A DNA stretch of 64,000 bases from the human T2T-CHM13v2.0 reference genome, Homo sapiens, in NCBI RefSeq assembly GCF_009914755.1, contig NC_060933.1. One strand, given 5' to 3'. Made by a program: the position numbers and the translations under genes. This document shows positions 28,151 through 43,200 of this stretch, piece by piece. The first letter of the stretch is position 1. Every line of letters starts with the position of its first letter. The notes beneath the pieces are model-generated. The model was given only the letters and a program-made list of their open reading frames with translations. It was not told the DNA's origin and ran no database searches.

Positions 28151-31100
28151 GATTCCATTCCATTCCATTCCATTCCATTCCATTCCATTCCATTCCGGAT
28201 GATTCCATTCCATTGCATTCCGTTCCATTACATGCCCCTGCACTCGGGTTGATTCCATTCCATTCCATTCCATTCCATTCCATTCCATTCCATTCCGTTC
28301 CATTCCATTTCATTACATTCAGATTGATTCTATTCAATTCCCTTACACTCCATTATATTCCAATCCATTCTTGTTGTCTCCATTCCATTCCATTCCATTT
28401 CACTCCATTCCATTGCACTCGGGTTGATTCCATTCCATTCCATTCCATTGCATTCCACTCCATTCCATTCCGGATGATTCCATTCCATTTCATTCCATTC
28501 CATTCCATTCCTCTGCACTCGGGTTGATTCCATTCCATTCCATTACATTACATTCCGTTCCATTCCATTGCATTCCTTTCGGATTCATTCTATTCAATTC
28601 CCTTACACTCCATTACATTCCATTCCATTTGGGTAGGTTCCATTCCATTCCATTCCATTCCTCTCCATTCCATTGCACTCGGGTTGATTCCATTCCATTC
28701 CATTCCATTCCATTACATTACATTACATTACATTACATTCCGTTCCATTGTAGTCGGTTTGATTCCATTCCATTGCATTCCATTCCATTCCATTCCATTC
28801 CATTCCATTCCATACCATTCCATTCCATTCCGTTCCATTCCATTACATTCGGATTGATTCTATTCAACTCCCTTACTCTCCATTACATTCCATTCCATTC
28901 GGGTTGTTCCATTCCATTCCATTCCATTCCACTCCATTCCATTGCACTCGGGTTGATTCCATTCCATTCCATTCCATTCCATTCCATTCCATTCCATTCC
29001 GGATGATTCCATTCCATTGCATTCCGTTCCATTACATGCCCCTGCACTCGGGTTGATTCCATTCCATTCCATTCCATTCTATTCGATTCCATTCCATTCC
29101 AATTCTTTCCATTCCATTCTATTCCGTACCATTCCATTCCATTCCATACAATTCCATTCCATTCCATTCCACTCCGTTCCGTTCCGTTCCGTTCCGTTCC
29201 GTTCCATTCCATTACATTCCATTCTATTCGGTTTAATTCCATTCCATTCCATTCCATTCCATTCTATTCCATTCCATTGCAATCGAGTTGAATCCACTGC
29301 ATTCCGTTCCATTCCATTCCATTCCATTCCATTCCGGAAGATTCCATTCCATTGTATTCCATTCCATTCCATTCCATTCCATTACATTCCATTCCATTGT
29401 ACTCTGGTTGATTCCATTCCATTGCATTCCATTCCATTCCATACCATTCCATTCCATTCCGTTCCATTCCATTCCATTACATTAGGATTGATTCTTTTCA
29501 ACTCCCTTACTCTCCATTACATTCCATTCCATTCGGGTTATTCCATTCCATTCCATTCCATTCCACTCCATTCCATTTCACTCGGGTTGATTCCATTCCA
29601 TTCCATTACATTACATTCCGTTCCATTACATTCCATTCCATTCGGATTTATTCTATTCAATTCCCTTACTCTTCATTACATTCCATTCCATTTGGGTAGT
29701 TTCCATTCCATTCCATTCCATTCCTCTCTATTCCATTGCACTCGGGTTGATTCCATTCCATTCCATTCCATTCCATTCCATTCCATTCCATTCCATTCCA
29801 TTCCTTTCCATTCCATTCCATTCCATTGTACTCGGGTTGATTCCATTCCATTGCATTCCATTCCATTCCATTCCATTCCGTTCCATTCCATTCCATTACA
29901 TTCGGATTGATTCTATTCAACTCCCTTACTCTCCATTGCATTCGATTCCATTCGGGTTGTTCCATTCCATTCCATTCCATTCCACTCCATTCCATTGCAC
30001 TCGGGTTTATTCCATTCCATTCCATTCCATTCCGGAAGATTCCATTCCATTGCATTCCATTACATTCCATTCCCCTGCACTCGCGTTGATTCCATTCCAT
30101 TCCATTCCATTCCAATCCATTCCATTCCATTCCATTCCATTCCATTCCATTCCTTTCCGTTCCATTCCATTCCATTCCATTCCATTCGATTCCATTCCGT
30201 TCCGTTCCGTTCCATTCCATTCCATTCAATTCTATTCGGGTTAATTCCATTCCATTCCATTCCATTCGATTGCAATCGAGTTGATTCCGTTCCATTCCAT
30301 TCCATTCCATTCCATTCCATTCCATTCCTTTCCATTCCATTACGGATGATTCCATTCCATTGCATTCCATTCCATTCCCCTGTACTCGGGTTGATTCCAT
30401 TCCATTCCATTCCAATCCATGCTATTCCACTCGTGTTGATTCCATTCTTTCCATTCCATTCAAGTTGAATCCATTCCATTGCATTCCATTCCATTCGATT
30501 CCACTCGATTGCACTCGGCTTCATTCCATTCCATTGCATTCCATTCCATTCCATTTCATTCCATTCCATTCCTTTCCATTCCATTCCATTCCATTCCATT
30601 CCATTCCATTGCAATCGAGTTGATTCCATTCCATTCCTTTCCATTCCATTCCATTGCCTTGCATTCCACTCGGGTTGATTCCATTCCCTTTTTTCCACTC
30701 CATTACATTCCCTTCCATTCCACTCGGAATGATTGATTCCACTCCATTCCATTCCATTTCATTCCACTGCAATCCATTCCAATCCATTCCATTCCATTCC
30801 ATTCCACTCGAGTTGATTTCATTCCATTCCTTTCCATTCCATTCCATTCCTTTCCACTCGAGTTGATTCCATTCCATTCCATTCCATTCCATTCCATTCC
30901 TTTCCATTCCATTACGGATGATTCCATTCCATTGCATTCCATTCCATTCCATTCCCCTATACTCGGGTTGATTCCATTCCATTCCATTCCATTTAATTCC
31001 ATTCCATTCCATTCCATTCCATTCCATTCTAATCCGTTCCATTCCATTCCATTCCATTCCATTGCAATCGACTTGATTCCATTCCATTCCATTCCATTCC

Positions 31101-34100
31101 ATTCAATTCCATTCCATTCCATTTTGTTCCAATCCATTCTATTCCGAACCATTCCATTCCATTCCATTCCATTCCATTCCATTCCATTCCATTCCATGCC
31201 ATTCCACTCGGGTTGATTCCATTCCTTTCCATTCCATTCGTTTTGAATCCATTCCACTCCATTCCATTCCATTCGAATCCATTCCATTGCACTCGGGTTG
31301 ATTCCATTCTATTCCATTCCATTCGATTCCATTCCATTCCATTCCATTCCGTTCCATTCCATTTCATTACATTCAGATTGATTCTATTCAATTCCCTTAC
31401 ACTCCATTATATTCCAATCCATTCTGGTTGTTTCCATTCCATTCCATTCCATTTCACTCCATTCCTTTGCACTCGGTTTGATTCCATTCCATTCCATTCC
31501 ATTCCATTCCGGATGATTCCATTCCATTGCATTCCATTCCATTCCATTCCCCTGCACTCAGGTTGATTCCATTCCATTCCATTCCACTCCATTCGGTTCC
31601 GTTCCATTCCATTCTATTGCATTCCATTCTATTCGGGTTAATTCCATTTCATTCTAATTCATTCCATTCCATTCCATTCCATTGCAATGGAGTTGACTTC
31701 ATTCCATTCCATTCCATTCCGGATGATTCCATTCCATTGCATTCCATTCCATTCCATTCCCCTGCACTCGTGTTGATTCCATTCCCTTCCATTCCATTCC
31801 ATTCCGTTCCATTCCATTGCATTCCATTCTATTCCGGTTAATTCCATTCCATTCCATTCCATTCCATTCCATTCCATTCCGTTGCAATCGAGTTGATTCC
31901 ATTCCATTCCTTTCCATTCCATTCCATTGCCTTGCATTCCACTCGGGTTGATTCCATTCCCTTCTTTCCACTCCATTACATTCCCTTCCATTCCACTCGG
32001 AATGATTGATTCCATTCCATTCCATTCCATTACATTCCATTGCAATCCATTCCAATCCATTCTATTCCATTCCATTCCACTCGAGTTGATTTCATTCCAT
32101 TCCTTTCCATTCCATTCCATTCCTTTCCACTCGAGTTGATTCCATTCCATTCCATTCCATTGCATTCCATTCCATGCCATTCCACTCGGGTTGATTCCAT
32201 TCCTTTGCATTCCATTCCATTCCATTCCATTCCATTCCATTCCATTCCGTTGCATTCCATTCCATTACATTCGGATTGATGCTATTCAACTCCCTTACTC
32301 TCCATTACATTCCATTCCATTCGGTTTATTCCATTCTATTCCATTGCATTCCATTCCATTCCATTCCATCACAATCGAGTTGGTTCCATTCCATTCCTTT
32401 CCATTCCATTCCATTCCATTCCATTCCGGATGATTCCATTCCATTACATTCCGTTCCATTACATTCCCCTGCACTCGGGTTGATTCCATTCCATTCCAAT
32501 CCATTCCATTCGATTCCATTCCATTCCATTCCATTCCATTCCATTCCATTCCGTTCCGTTCCGTTCCGTTCCATTCCATTCCATTCCATTTTATTCGGGT
32601 TAATTCCATTCCATTCCATTCCATTCCATTCTATTCCATTCCATTGCAATCGAGTTGAATCCATTGCATTCAATTCCATTCCATTCCATTCCATTGCAAT
32701 CGAGTTGAATCCATTGCATTCCATTCCATTCCATTCCGGAAGATTCCATTCCATTGCATTCCATTCCATTCCATTCCCCTGCACTCGCGTTGATTCCATT
32801 CCATTCCATTCCATTCCGTTCCGTTCCGTTCCGTTCCATTCCATTCTATTCCGTTCGGTTCCGTTCCGTTCCATTCCATTCCATTCTATTCGGGTTAATT
32901 CCATTCCATTCCATTCGATTGCAATCGAGTTGATTCCATTCCATTCCATTCCATTGCATTCCATTGCATTCCATTCCATTCCTTTCCATTCCATTACGGA
33001 TGATTCCATTCCACTGCATTACATTCCATTCCATTCCCCTGTACTCGGGTTGATTCCATTCTATTCCATTCCATTCCATTCCATTCTATTCCATTCCATT
33101 CCATTCCATTCCGGAGGATTCCATTCCATTGCATTCCATTCCATTCCATTCCCCTGCACTCGCGTTGATTCCATTCCATTCCATTCCATTCCATTCCATT
33201 CCATTCCATTCCGATCCGTTCCATTACATTCCATTCCATTCCATTCCGTTCCGTTCCATTCCATTCCATTCCATTCTATTCGGGTTAATTCCATTCCATT
33301 CCATTCGATTGCAATCGAGTTGATTCCATTCCATTGCATTCCAATCCATGCCATTCCACTCATTCTGATTCCATTCTTTCCATTCCATTCAAGTTGAATC
33401 CATTCCATTGCATTCCATTCCATTCGATTCCATTCGATTGCACTCGGGTTGATTCCATGGCATTGCATTCCATTCCATTCCATTCCATTCCATTCCTTTC
33501 CATTCCATTCCATTCCATTCCATTCGGATTCATTCTATTCAATTCCCTTACACTCCATTACATTCCATTCCATTCGTGTAGTTTCCATTCCATTCCATTC
33601 CATTCCTTTCCATTCCATTGCACTCGGGTTGATTCCATTCCATTCCATTCCATTCCATTCCATTCCATTCCGGATGATTCCATTCCATGGAATTCCATTG
33701 CATTCCATTCCCCTGCACTTGGGTTGATTCCAATCCATTCCATTCCATTCCTTTCTTTTCCATTCCATTCCATTCCATTCCATTCCATTCTTTCGTGTTA
33801 ATTCCATTCCATTCTATTCCATTCCATTCCATTGAAATCGGGTTGATTCCATTCCATTCCATTCCATTCCATTCCGGATGATTCCATTCCATTGCATTCC
33901 ATTCCTTTCCATTCCCCTGCACTCGGGTTGATTCCATTCAATTCCATTCCATTACATTCCATTCCATTCCGTTCCATTTCATTCTATTCGGGTTAATTCC
34001 ACTCCATTCCATTCCACTCCATTCCAGTCCTTTCCATTGCATTCCACTCGGGTTGATTCCATTCTATTTCTTTCAATTCCATTCCATTCCATTGCAATCG

Positions 34101-37100
34101 AGTTGATTCCATTCGAGTTGAATCCATTCCATTCCATTCCATTCCATTCCATTGCACACGGGTTCATTCCATTCCATTCCATTCCATTCCATTCCATTCC
34201 ATATCATTCCATTCCATTCTATTCCGTACCATTCCATTCCATCCCATTCCATTCCGTTCCATTCCATGCCATTACACTCGGGTTGATTCCATTCCTTTCC
34301 ATTCCATTCTTGTTGAATCCATTCCATTCCATTCCATTCCATTCGAATCCATTCCATTGCACTCGGGTTGATTCCATTCCATTCCATTCCATTCCATTCC
34401 ATTTCATTCCATTCCATTCCATTACATTCGGATTGATTCTATTCAATTCCCTTACACTCCATTACATTCCATTACATTCGGGATGTTTCCATTCCATTCC
34501 ATTCCATTCCACTCCATTCCATTGCATCAGGTTGATTGCATTCCATTCCATTCCATTCCATTACGGATGATACCATTCCATTGCATTCCATTCCATTGCA
34601 TTCCCCTGTAGTCGGGTTGATTCCATTCCATTCCATTCCATTCCATTCCATTCCATTCCTTTCCATTCCATTCCATTCCATTCCATTCCTTTCCGTTCCA
34701 TTCCATTCCATTCCATTCTATTCCGGTTAATTCCATTCCATTCCATTTTATTCCATTCCATTCCATTCCATTCCATTGCAATCGAGTTGATTCCATTCCA
34801 TTCCATTCCATTCCGTTCCGGATGATTCCATTCCATTCCATTCCATTTCATTCCATTCCCCTGCAGTCGGGTTGATTCCATTCCATTCCATTCCATTCCA
34901 TTCCGTTCCATTCCATTCCATTCTATTCTATTCGTGTTAATTCCATTCCATTCCATTCCATTCCATTCCATTCCAGTCGAGTTGATTCCATTCCATTCCA
35001 TTCTATTCCATTCCACTCCATTCCAGTCCTTTCCATTCCATTACACTCGGGTTGATTCCATTCTATTCCTTTCCATTCCATTCCATTCCATTGCAATCGA
35101 GTTGATTCCATTGCTTTGCATTCCATTCCATTCCATTCCATTCCGGATGATTCCATTCCATTGCATTCCATTCCATTCCATTCCCCTGCACTCGGGTTGA
35201 TCCCATTCCATTCCACTCCATTCCGTTCCATTCCGTTCCATTCCATTGTATTCGGGTTAATTCCATTCCATTCCATTCCATTCCATTCCATTCCATTCCA
35301 TTCCATTACAATCGAGTTGATTCCATGCCATTCCATTCCATTCCAGTCCTTTCCATTCCATTCCACTCGGTTTGATTCCATTCTATTAGTTTCCATTCCA
35401 TTCCATTCCCTTCCATTCCACTCTGGTTGATTCCATTCCTTTCCATTCCACTCGAATACATTCCCTCCTATTCCACTCGGAACGATTCCATTCCATTCCA
35501 TTCCATTCCATTCCATTCCATTCCATTCCAGTTCGTTCCATTTCATTCTATTCCGTACCATTCCACTCCATTCCATTCCTTTCCATTCCATTCCTTTCCA
35601 CCCGTGTTGATTCCATTCCTTTCCATTCCATTCGGTTTGAAGGCATTCCATTCCATTCCATTCCATTCCATTCCATTCCATTCCATTCTATTCCATTCCA
35701 TTGCAATCGAGTTTAATCCATTGCCTTTCATGCCATTCCATTCCATTCCATTCCATTCCGGAAGATTCCATTCCATTACATTCCATTCCATTCCATTCCC
35801 CTGCACTCGCGTTGATTCCATTCCATTCCATTCCATTCCATTCCGTTCCGTTCCATTCCATTCCATTCCATTCCATTCCGTTCCGTTCCGTTCCATTCCA
35901 TTCCATTCCATTCTATTCGGGTTAATTCCATTCCATTCCATTTGATTGCCATCGAGTTGATTCCATTCCATTCCATTCCATTCCATTCCATTCCATTCCA
36001 TTCCTTTCCATTCCATTACGGATGACTCCATTCCATTGCATTCCATTCCATTCCATTCCCCTGTACTCGGGTTGATTCCATTCCATTCCATTCTACTCCA
36101 TTCGGCTCCGTTGCATTCCATTCTATTGCATTCCATTCTATTCGGGTTAATTCCATTCCATTCTATTCCATTCCATTCCATTCCATTCCATTACATTCGG
36201 ATTGATTCTATTCAACTCCCTTACTCTCTACTACATTCCATTAAATTCGGGTTGTTCCATTCCATTCCATTCCATTCCACTCCATTCCATTGCACTCGGG
36301 TTGATTCCATTCCATTCCATTCCATTCCATTCCATTACAATCGAGTTGATTCCCTTCCATTCCATTCCATTCCAGTCCTTTCCATTCCATTCCACTCGGG
36401 TTGATTCCATTCTATTAGTTTCCATTGCATTCCATTCCCTTCCATTCCACTCTGGTTGATTCCATTCCTTTCCATTCCACTCGAATACATTCCCTCCTAT
36501 TCCACTCAGAACGATTCCATTCCATTCCATCCCATTCCATTCCATTCCATTCCATTCCATTTCGTTCCATTCCATTTCGTTCCATTCCATTCTATTCCAT
36601 TCCATTCCATTCCATTCCGTTCCATTCCATTCCGTTCCATTCCATTCCGTTCCATTCCATTACATTCGGATTGATTCTTTTCAACTCCCTTACTCTCCAT
36701 TACATTACATTCCATTCGGATTGTTCCATTCCATTCCATTCCATTCCACTCCATTCCATTCAATTCCATTCCGTTCCATTCCATTCCATTACATTCGGAT
36801 TGATTCTATTCAACTCCCTTACCCTCCATTACATTCGATTCCATTCGTGTTGTTCCATTCCATTCCATTCCATTCCACTCCATTCTATTGCACTCGGGTT
36901 GATTCCATTCCATTCCATTCTATTCCATTCCATTCCATTCCGTTGCATTCCATTCCATTACATTCGGATTGATTCTATTCAAATCCTTTACTCTCCATTA
37001 TATTCCATTCTATTCTGGTTGTTCCATTCCATTCCATTCCATTCCACTCCATTCCATTGCACTCGGGTTGATTCCATTCCATTCCATTCCATTCCATTCC

Positions 37101-40100
37101 ATTCCATTCCATTCCGGATGATTCCATTCCATTGCATTCCATTCCATTACATTCCCCTGCACTCGCGTTGATACCATTCCATTCCACTCCATTCCATTCA
37201 ATTCCATTCCATTACAATTCGTTCCATTCCATTCTATTCCGTACCATTCCATTCCATTTCATACCATTCCATTCCGTTCCATTCCATTCCATTCCATTCT
37301 ATTCGGGTTAATTCCATTCCATTCCATTCCATTCCATTCTATTCCATTCCATTGCAATCGTGTTGAATCCATTGCATTTCATTCCATTCCATTCCATTCC
37401 ATTCCATTTCGCAAGATTCCATTCCATTGCATTCCATTCCATTCCATTCCCCTGCACTCGCGTTGATTCCATTCCATTCCATTCCATTCCATTCCATTCC
37501 GTTCCGTTCCTTTCCATTCCATTCCTTTCCATTCCATTCCATTCCTTTCCATTCCGTTCCATTCCATTCCCTTCCATTCTATTGGGGTTAATTCCATTCC
37601 ATTCCATTCTATTGCAATCGTGTTGATTCCAATCCGTTCCGTTCCATTCCATTCCATTCCATTCCATTCCATTCCATTCCATTCCTTTCCATTCCATTAC
37701 GGATGATTCCATTCAATTGCAATGCATTCCATTCCATTCCCCTGTACTCGGGTTGATTCCATTCCATTGCATTCCAATCCATGCCCTTCCACTCGTGTTG
37801 ATTCCATTCTTTCCATTCCATTCAAGTTGAATCCATTCCATTGCATTCCATTCCATTCGATTCCATTCGATTGCACTCGGGTTGATTCCATTCCATTGCA
37901 TTCCATTCCATTCCATTCCATTCCATTCCATTCCATTCCGTTCCATTCCATTCCATTACATTCGGATTGATTCTATTCAATTCCCTTACACTCCATTACA
38001 TTCCATTCCATTCGGGTAGTTTCCATTCCATTCCATTCCATTCCTCTCCATTCCATTGCACTCGGGTTGATTCCATTCCATTGCATTCCATTCCATTCCA
38101 TTCAATTCCATTCCGTTCAATTCCATTCCATTACATTCGGATTGATTCTATTCAACTCCCTTACTCTCCGTTACATTCCATTCCATTCGGGTTGTTCCAT
38201 TCCATTCCATTCCATTCCACTCCATTCCATTGCACTCGGGTTGATTCCATTCCATTCCATTCCATTCCATTCCGGAAGATTCCATTCCATTGCATTCTAT
38301 TCCATTCCATTACCCTGCACTCGCGTTGATTCCATTCCATTCCATTCTATTCCATTCCATTCCATTCCATTCCGTTCCGTTCCATTCCATTCCATTCCAT
38401 TCCATTCTATTCGGGTAAATTCCATTCCATTCCATTCGATTGCAATCGAGTTGATTCCATTCCATTCTATTCCATTCCATTCCATTCCATTCCTTTCCAT
38501 TCCATTACGGATGATTCCATTCCATTGCATTCCATTCCATTCCATTCCCCTGTACTCGGGTTGATTCCATTCCATTCCATTCCAATCCTTGCCATTCCAC
38601 TCGTGTTGATTCCATTCTTTCCATTCCATTCAAGTTGAATCCATTCCATTGCATTCCATTCCATTCGATTCCATTCGATTGCACTCGGGTTGATTCCATT
38701 CCATTGCATTCCATTCCATCCCATTCCATTCCATTCCATTCCGTTCCATTACATTCAGATTGATTCTATTCAATTCCCTTACATTCCATTATATTCCAAT
38801 CCATTCTGGTTGTTTCCATTCCATTCCATTCCATTTCACTCCATTCCATTGCCCTCGGGTTGATTCCATTCCATTCCATTCCATTGCATTCCATTCCATT
38901 CCATTCCGGATGATTCCATTCCACTGCATTCCATTCCATTCCATTCCCCTGCACTCGGGTTGATTCCATTCCATTCCATTCCATTATTTTCCGTTCCATT
39001 CCATTCCATTCCATTCCGTTCCATTGTACTCGGGTTGATTCCATTCCATTGCATTCCATTCCATTCCATTCCATTCCATTCCATTCCAATCCGATCCATT
39101 CCATTACATTCGGATTGATTCTATTCAACTCCCTTACTCTCCATTTCATTCCATTCCATTCGGGTTGTTCCATTCCATTCCATTCCATTCGACTCCATTC
39201 CATTGCACTCGGGTTGATTCCATTCCATTCCATTCCATTCCATTCCATTCCATTCCATTCCATTCTGGATGATTCCATTCCATTGCATTCCGTTCCATTA
39301 CATTCCCCTGCACTCGGGTTGATTCCATTCCATTCCATTCCATTACATTCCATTCCAATTCTTTCCATTCCATTCTATTCCGTACCATTCCATTCCATTC
39401 CATACAATTCCATTCCATTCCTTTCCACTCTGTTCCGTTCCGTTCCGTTCCGTTCCGTTCCATTCCATTCCATTCCATTCTATTCGGTTTAATTCCATTC
39501 CATTCCATTCCACTCCATTCTATTCCATTCCATTGCAATCGAGTTGAATCCACTGCATTCCATTCCATTCCATTCCATTCCATTCCATTCCATTCCATTC
39601 CGGAAGATTCCATTCCATTCCATTCCATTCCATTCCATTCCATTCCATTCCATTCCATTCCATTGTACTCGGGTTGATTCCATTCCATTGCATTCCATTC
39701 CATTGCATTCCATTCCATTCCATTCCGTTCCATTCCATTCCATTACATTCGGATTGTTTCTTTTCAACTCCCTTACTCTCCATTACATTCCATTCCATTC
39801 GGGTTGCTCCATTCCATTCCATTCCATTTAACTCCATTCCATTTCACTCGGGTTGATTCCATTGCATTCCATTCCATTCCAATCCGGATGATTCCATTCC
39901 ATTGCATTCCATTCCATTACATTCCCCTGCACACGGGTTGATTCCATTCCATTCCATTCCATTCCATTCGATTCCATTCCATTCCCCTGCACTCGCGTTG
40001 ATTCCATTCCATTCCATTCCATTACATTACATTACATTCCATTCCATTCCATTCCTTTCCATTCCAGTCCTTTCCATTCCATTCCACTCGGGTTGATTCC

Positions 40101-40239
40101 ATTCTATTAGTTTCCATTCCATTCCATTCCCTTCCATTCCACTCGTGTTGATTCCATTCCTTTCCATTCCATTCGGTTTGAAGGCATTCCATTCCATTCC
40201 ATTCCATTCCATTCCATTCCATTCCGTTCCATTCCGTTC

Positions 40240-43200
40240 CATTCCATTCCATTCCATTCCGGAAGATTCCATTCCATTTCATTCCATTCCATTCGATTCC
40301 ATTCGATTGCACTCGGGTTGATTCCATTCCATTGCATTCCATTCCATTCCATTCCATTCCATTCCATTCCATTCCATTCCACTTCATTACATTCAGATTG
40401 ATTCTATTCAATTCCCTTACACTCCATTATATTCCAATCCATTCTGGTTGTCTCCATTCCATTCCATTCCATTTCACTCCATTCCATTGCACTCGGGTTG
40501 ATTCCATTCCATTCCATTCCATTGCATTCCATTCCATTCCATTCCGGATGATTCCATTCCATTGCATTCCATTCCATTCCATTCCTCTGCACTCGGGTTG
40601 ATTCCATTCCATTTCATTCCATTACATTCCGTTCCATTCCATTCCATTCCTTTCGGATTGATTCTATTCAATTCCCTTACACTCCATTACATTCCATTCC
40701 ATTTGGGTAGTTTCCATTCCATTCCATTCCATTCCTCTCCATTCCATTGCACTCGGGTTGATTCCATTCCATTCCATTCCATTCCATTACGTTACATTAC
40801 ATTACATTACATTCCGTTCCATTGTACTCGGGTTGATTCCATTCCATTGCATTCCATTCCATTCCATTCCATTCCATTCCGTTCCATTCCATTACATTCG
40901 GATTGATTCTATTCAACTCCCTTACTCTCCATTGCATTCCATTACATTCGGGTTGTTCCATTCCATTCCATTCCATTCCCCTCCATTCCATTGCACTCGG
41001 GTTGATTCCATTCCATTCCATTCCATTCCATTCCATTCCATTCCATTCCGGATGATTCCATTCCATTGCATTCCGTTCCATTATATTCCCCTGCACTCGG
41101 GTTGATTCCATTCCATTCCATTCCATTCCATTCGATTCTATTCCATTCCCCTGCTCTTGCGTTGATTCCATTCCATTCCATTCCATTCCATTCCATTCCA
41201 TTCCATTCCATTCCTTTCCATTCCTTTCCATTCCAGTCCTTTCCATTCCATTCCACTCGGGTTGATTCCATTCTATTAGTTTCCATTCCATTCCATTCCC
41301 TTCCATTCCACTCTGGTTGATTCCATTCCTTTCCATTCCACTCGAATACATTCCCTCCTATTCCACTCGGAACGATTCCATTCCATTCCATTCCATTCCA
41401 TTCCATTCCATTCCATTCCATTCCATTCCATTTTGTTCCATTCCATTCTATTCCATATCATTCCATTCCATTCCATTCCATTCCATTCCATTCCATTCCA
41501 CTCGTGTTGATTCCATTCCTTTCCATTCCATTCGGTTTGAAGGCATTCCATTCCATTCCATGCCATTCCATTCCATTCCATTCCATTGTACTCGGGTTGA
41601 TTCCATTCCATTGCATTCCATTCCATTACATTCCATTCCATTCCGTTGCATTCCATTCCATTACATTCGGATTGATTCTATTCAACTCGCTTACTCTCCA
41701 TTACATTCCATTCCATTCGGGTTGTTCCATTCGATTCCATTCCATTCCATTCCACTCCATTCAATTACACTCGGGTTGATTCCATTCCATTCCATTCCAT
41801 TCAATTCCATTCCATTACAATTCGTTCCATTCCTTTCTATTCCGTACCATTCCATTCCATTCCATACCATTCCATTGCATTCCATTCCATTCCATTCCGT
41901 TCCATTCCGTTCCATTCCATTCCATTCCATTCTATTCGGGTTAATTCCATTCCATTCCATTCCATTACATTCCATTCCATTCCATTCTATTCCGTTCCAT
42001 TGCAATCGAGTTGAATCCATTGCATTTCATTCCATTCCATTCCATTCCATTCCATTCCATTCCGGAAGATTCCATTCCATTGCATTCCATTCCATTACAT
42101 TCCCCTGCACTCGCGTTGATTCCATTCCATTCCATTCCATTCCATTCCATTCCCTTCCGTTCCGTTCTGTTCCATTCCTTTCCATTCCATTCCATTCCAT
42201 TCCGTTCCGTTCCATTCCATTCCATTCCATTCTATTCAGGTTAATTCCATTCCATTCCATTCTATTGCAATCGAGTTGATTCCATTCCATTCCATTCCAT
42301 TGCATTCCATTCCATTCCTTTCCATTCCATTACGGATGATTCCATTCCATTGCATTCCATTCCATTCCATTCCCCTGTACTCGGATTTATTCCATTCCAT
42401 TCTATACCAATCCATGCCATTCCACTCGTGTTGATTCCATTCTTTCCATTCCATTCAAGTTGAATCCATTCCATTGCATTCCATTCCATTCGATTCCATT
42501 CGATTGCACTCGGGTTGATTCCATTCCATTGCAATCCATTCCATTCCATTCCATTCCATTCCATTCCATTCCATTCCATTCCGTTCCATTCCATTCCATT
42601 ACATTCGGATTGATTCTATTCAACTACCTTACTCTCCATTACATTCCATTCCATTCGGGTTGTTCCATTCCATTCCATTCCATTCCACTGCATTCCATTG
42701 CACTCGGGTTCATTCCATTCCATTCCATTCCATTCCATTCCATTCCATTCCGGAAGGTTCCATTCCATTGCATTCCATTCCATTCCATTCCCCTGCACTC
42801 GTGTTTATTCCATTCCATTCCATTCCATTCCATTCCATTCCATTCCATTCCATTCCATTCCTTTCCGTTCCATTCCATTCCATTCCATTCCATTCCAATC
42901 CATTCCGTTCCGTTCCGTTCCATTCCATTCCATTCCATTCCATTCCATTCGGGTTAATTCCATTCCATTCCATTCGATTGCAGTCGAGTTGATTCCATTC
43001 CATTCCATTCCATTCCATTCCATTCCTTTCCATTCCATTACGGATGATTCCATTCCATTGCATTCCATTCCATTCCATTCCCCTGTACTCGGGTTGATTC
43101 CATTCCATTCCATTGCAGTCCATGCCCTTCCACTCGTGTTGATTCCATTCTTTCCATTCCATTCAAGTTGAATCCATTCCATTGCATTCCATTCCAGTCG

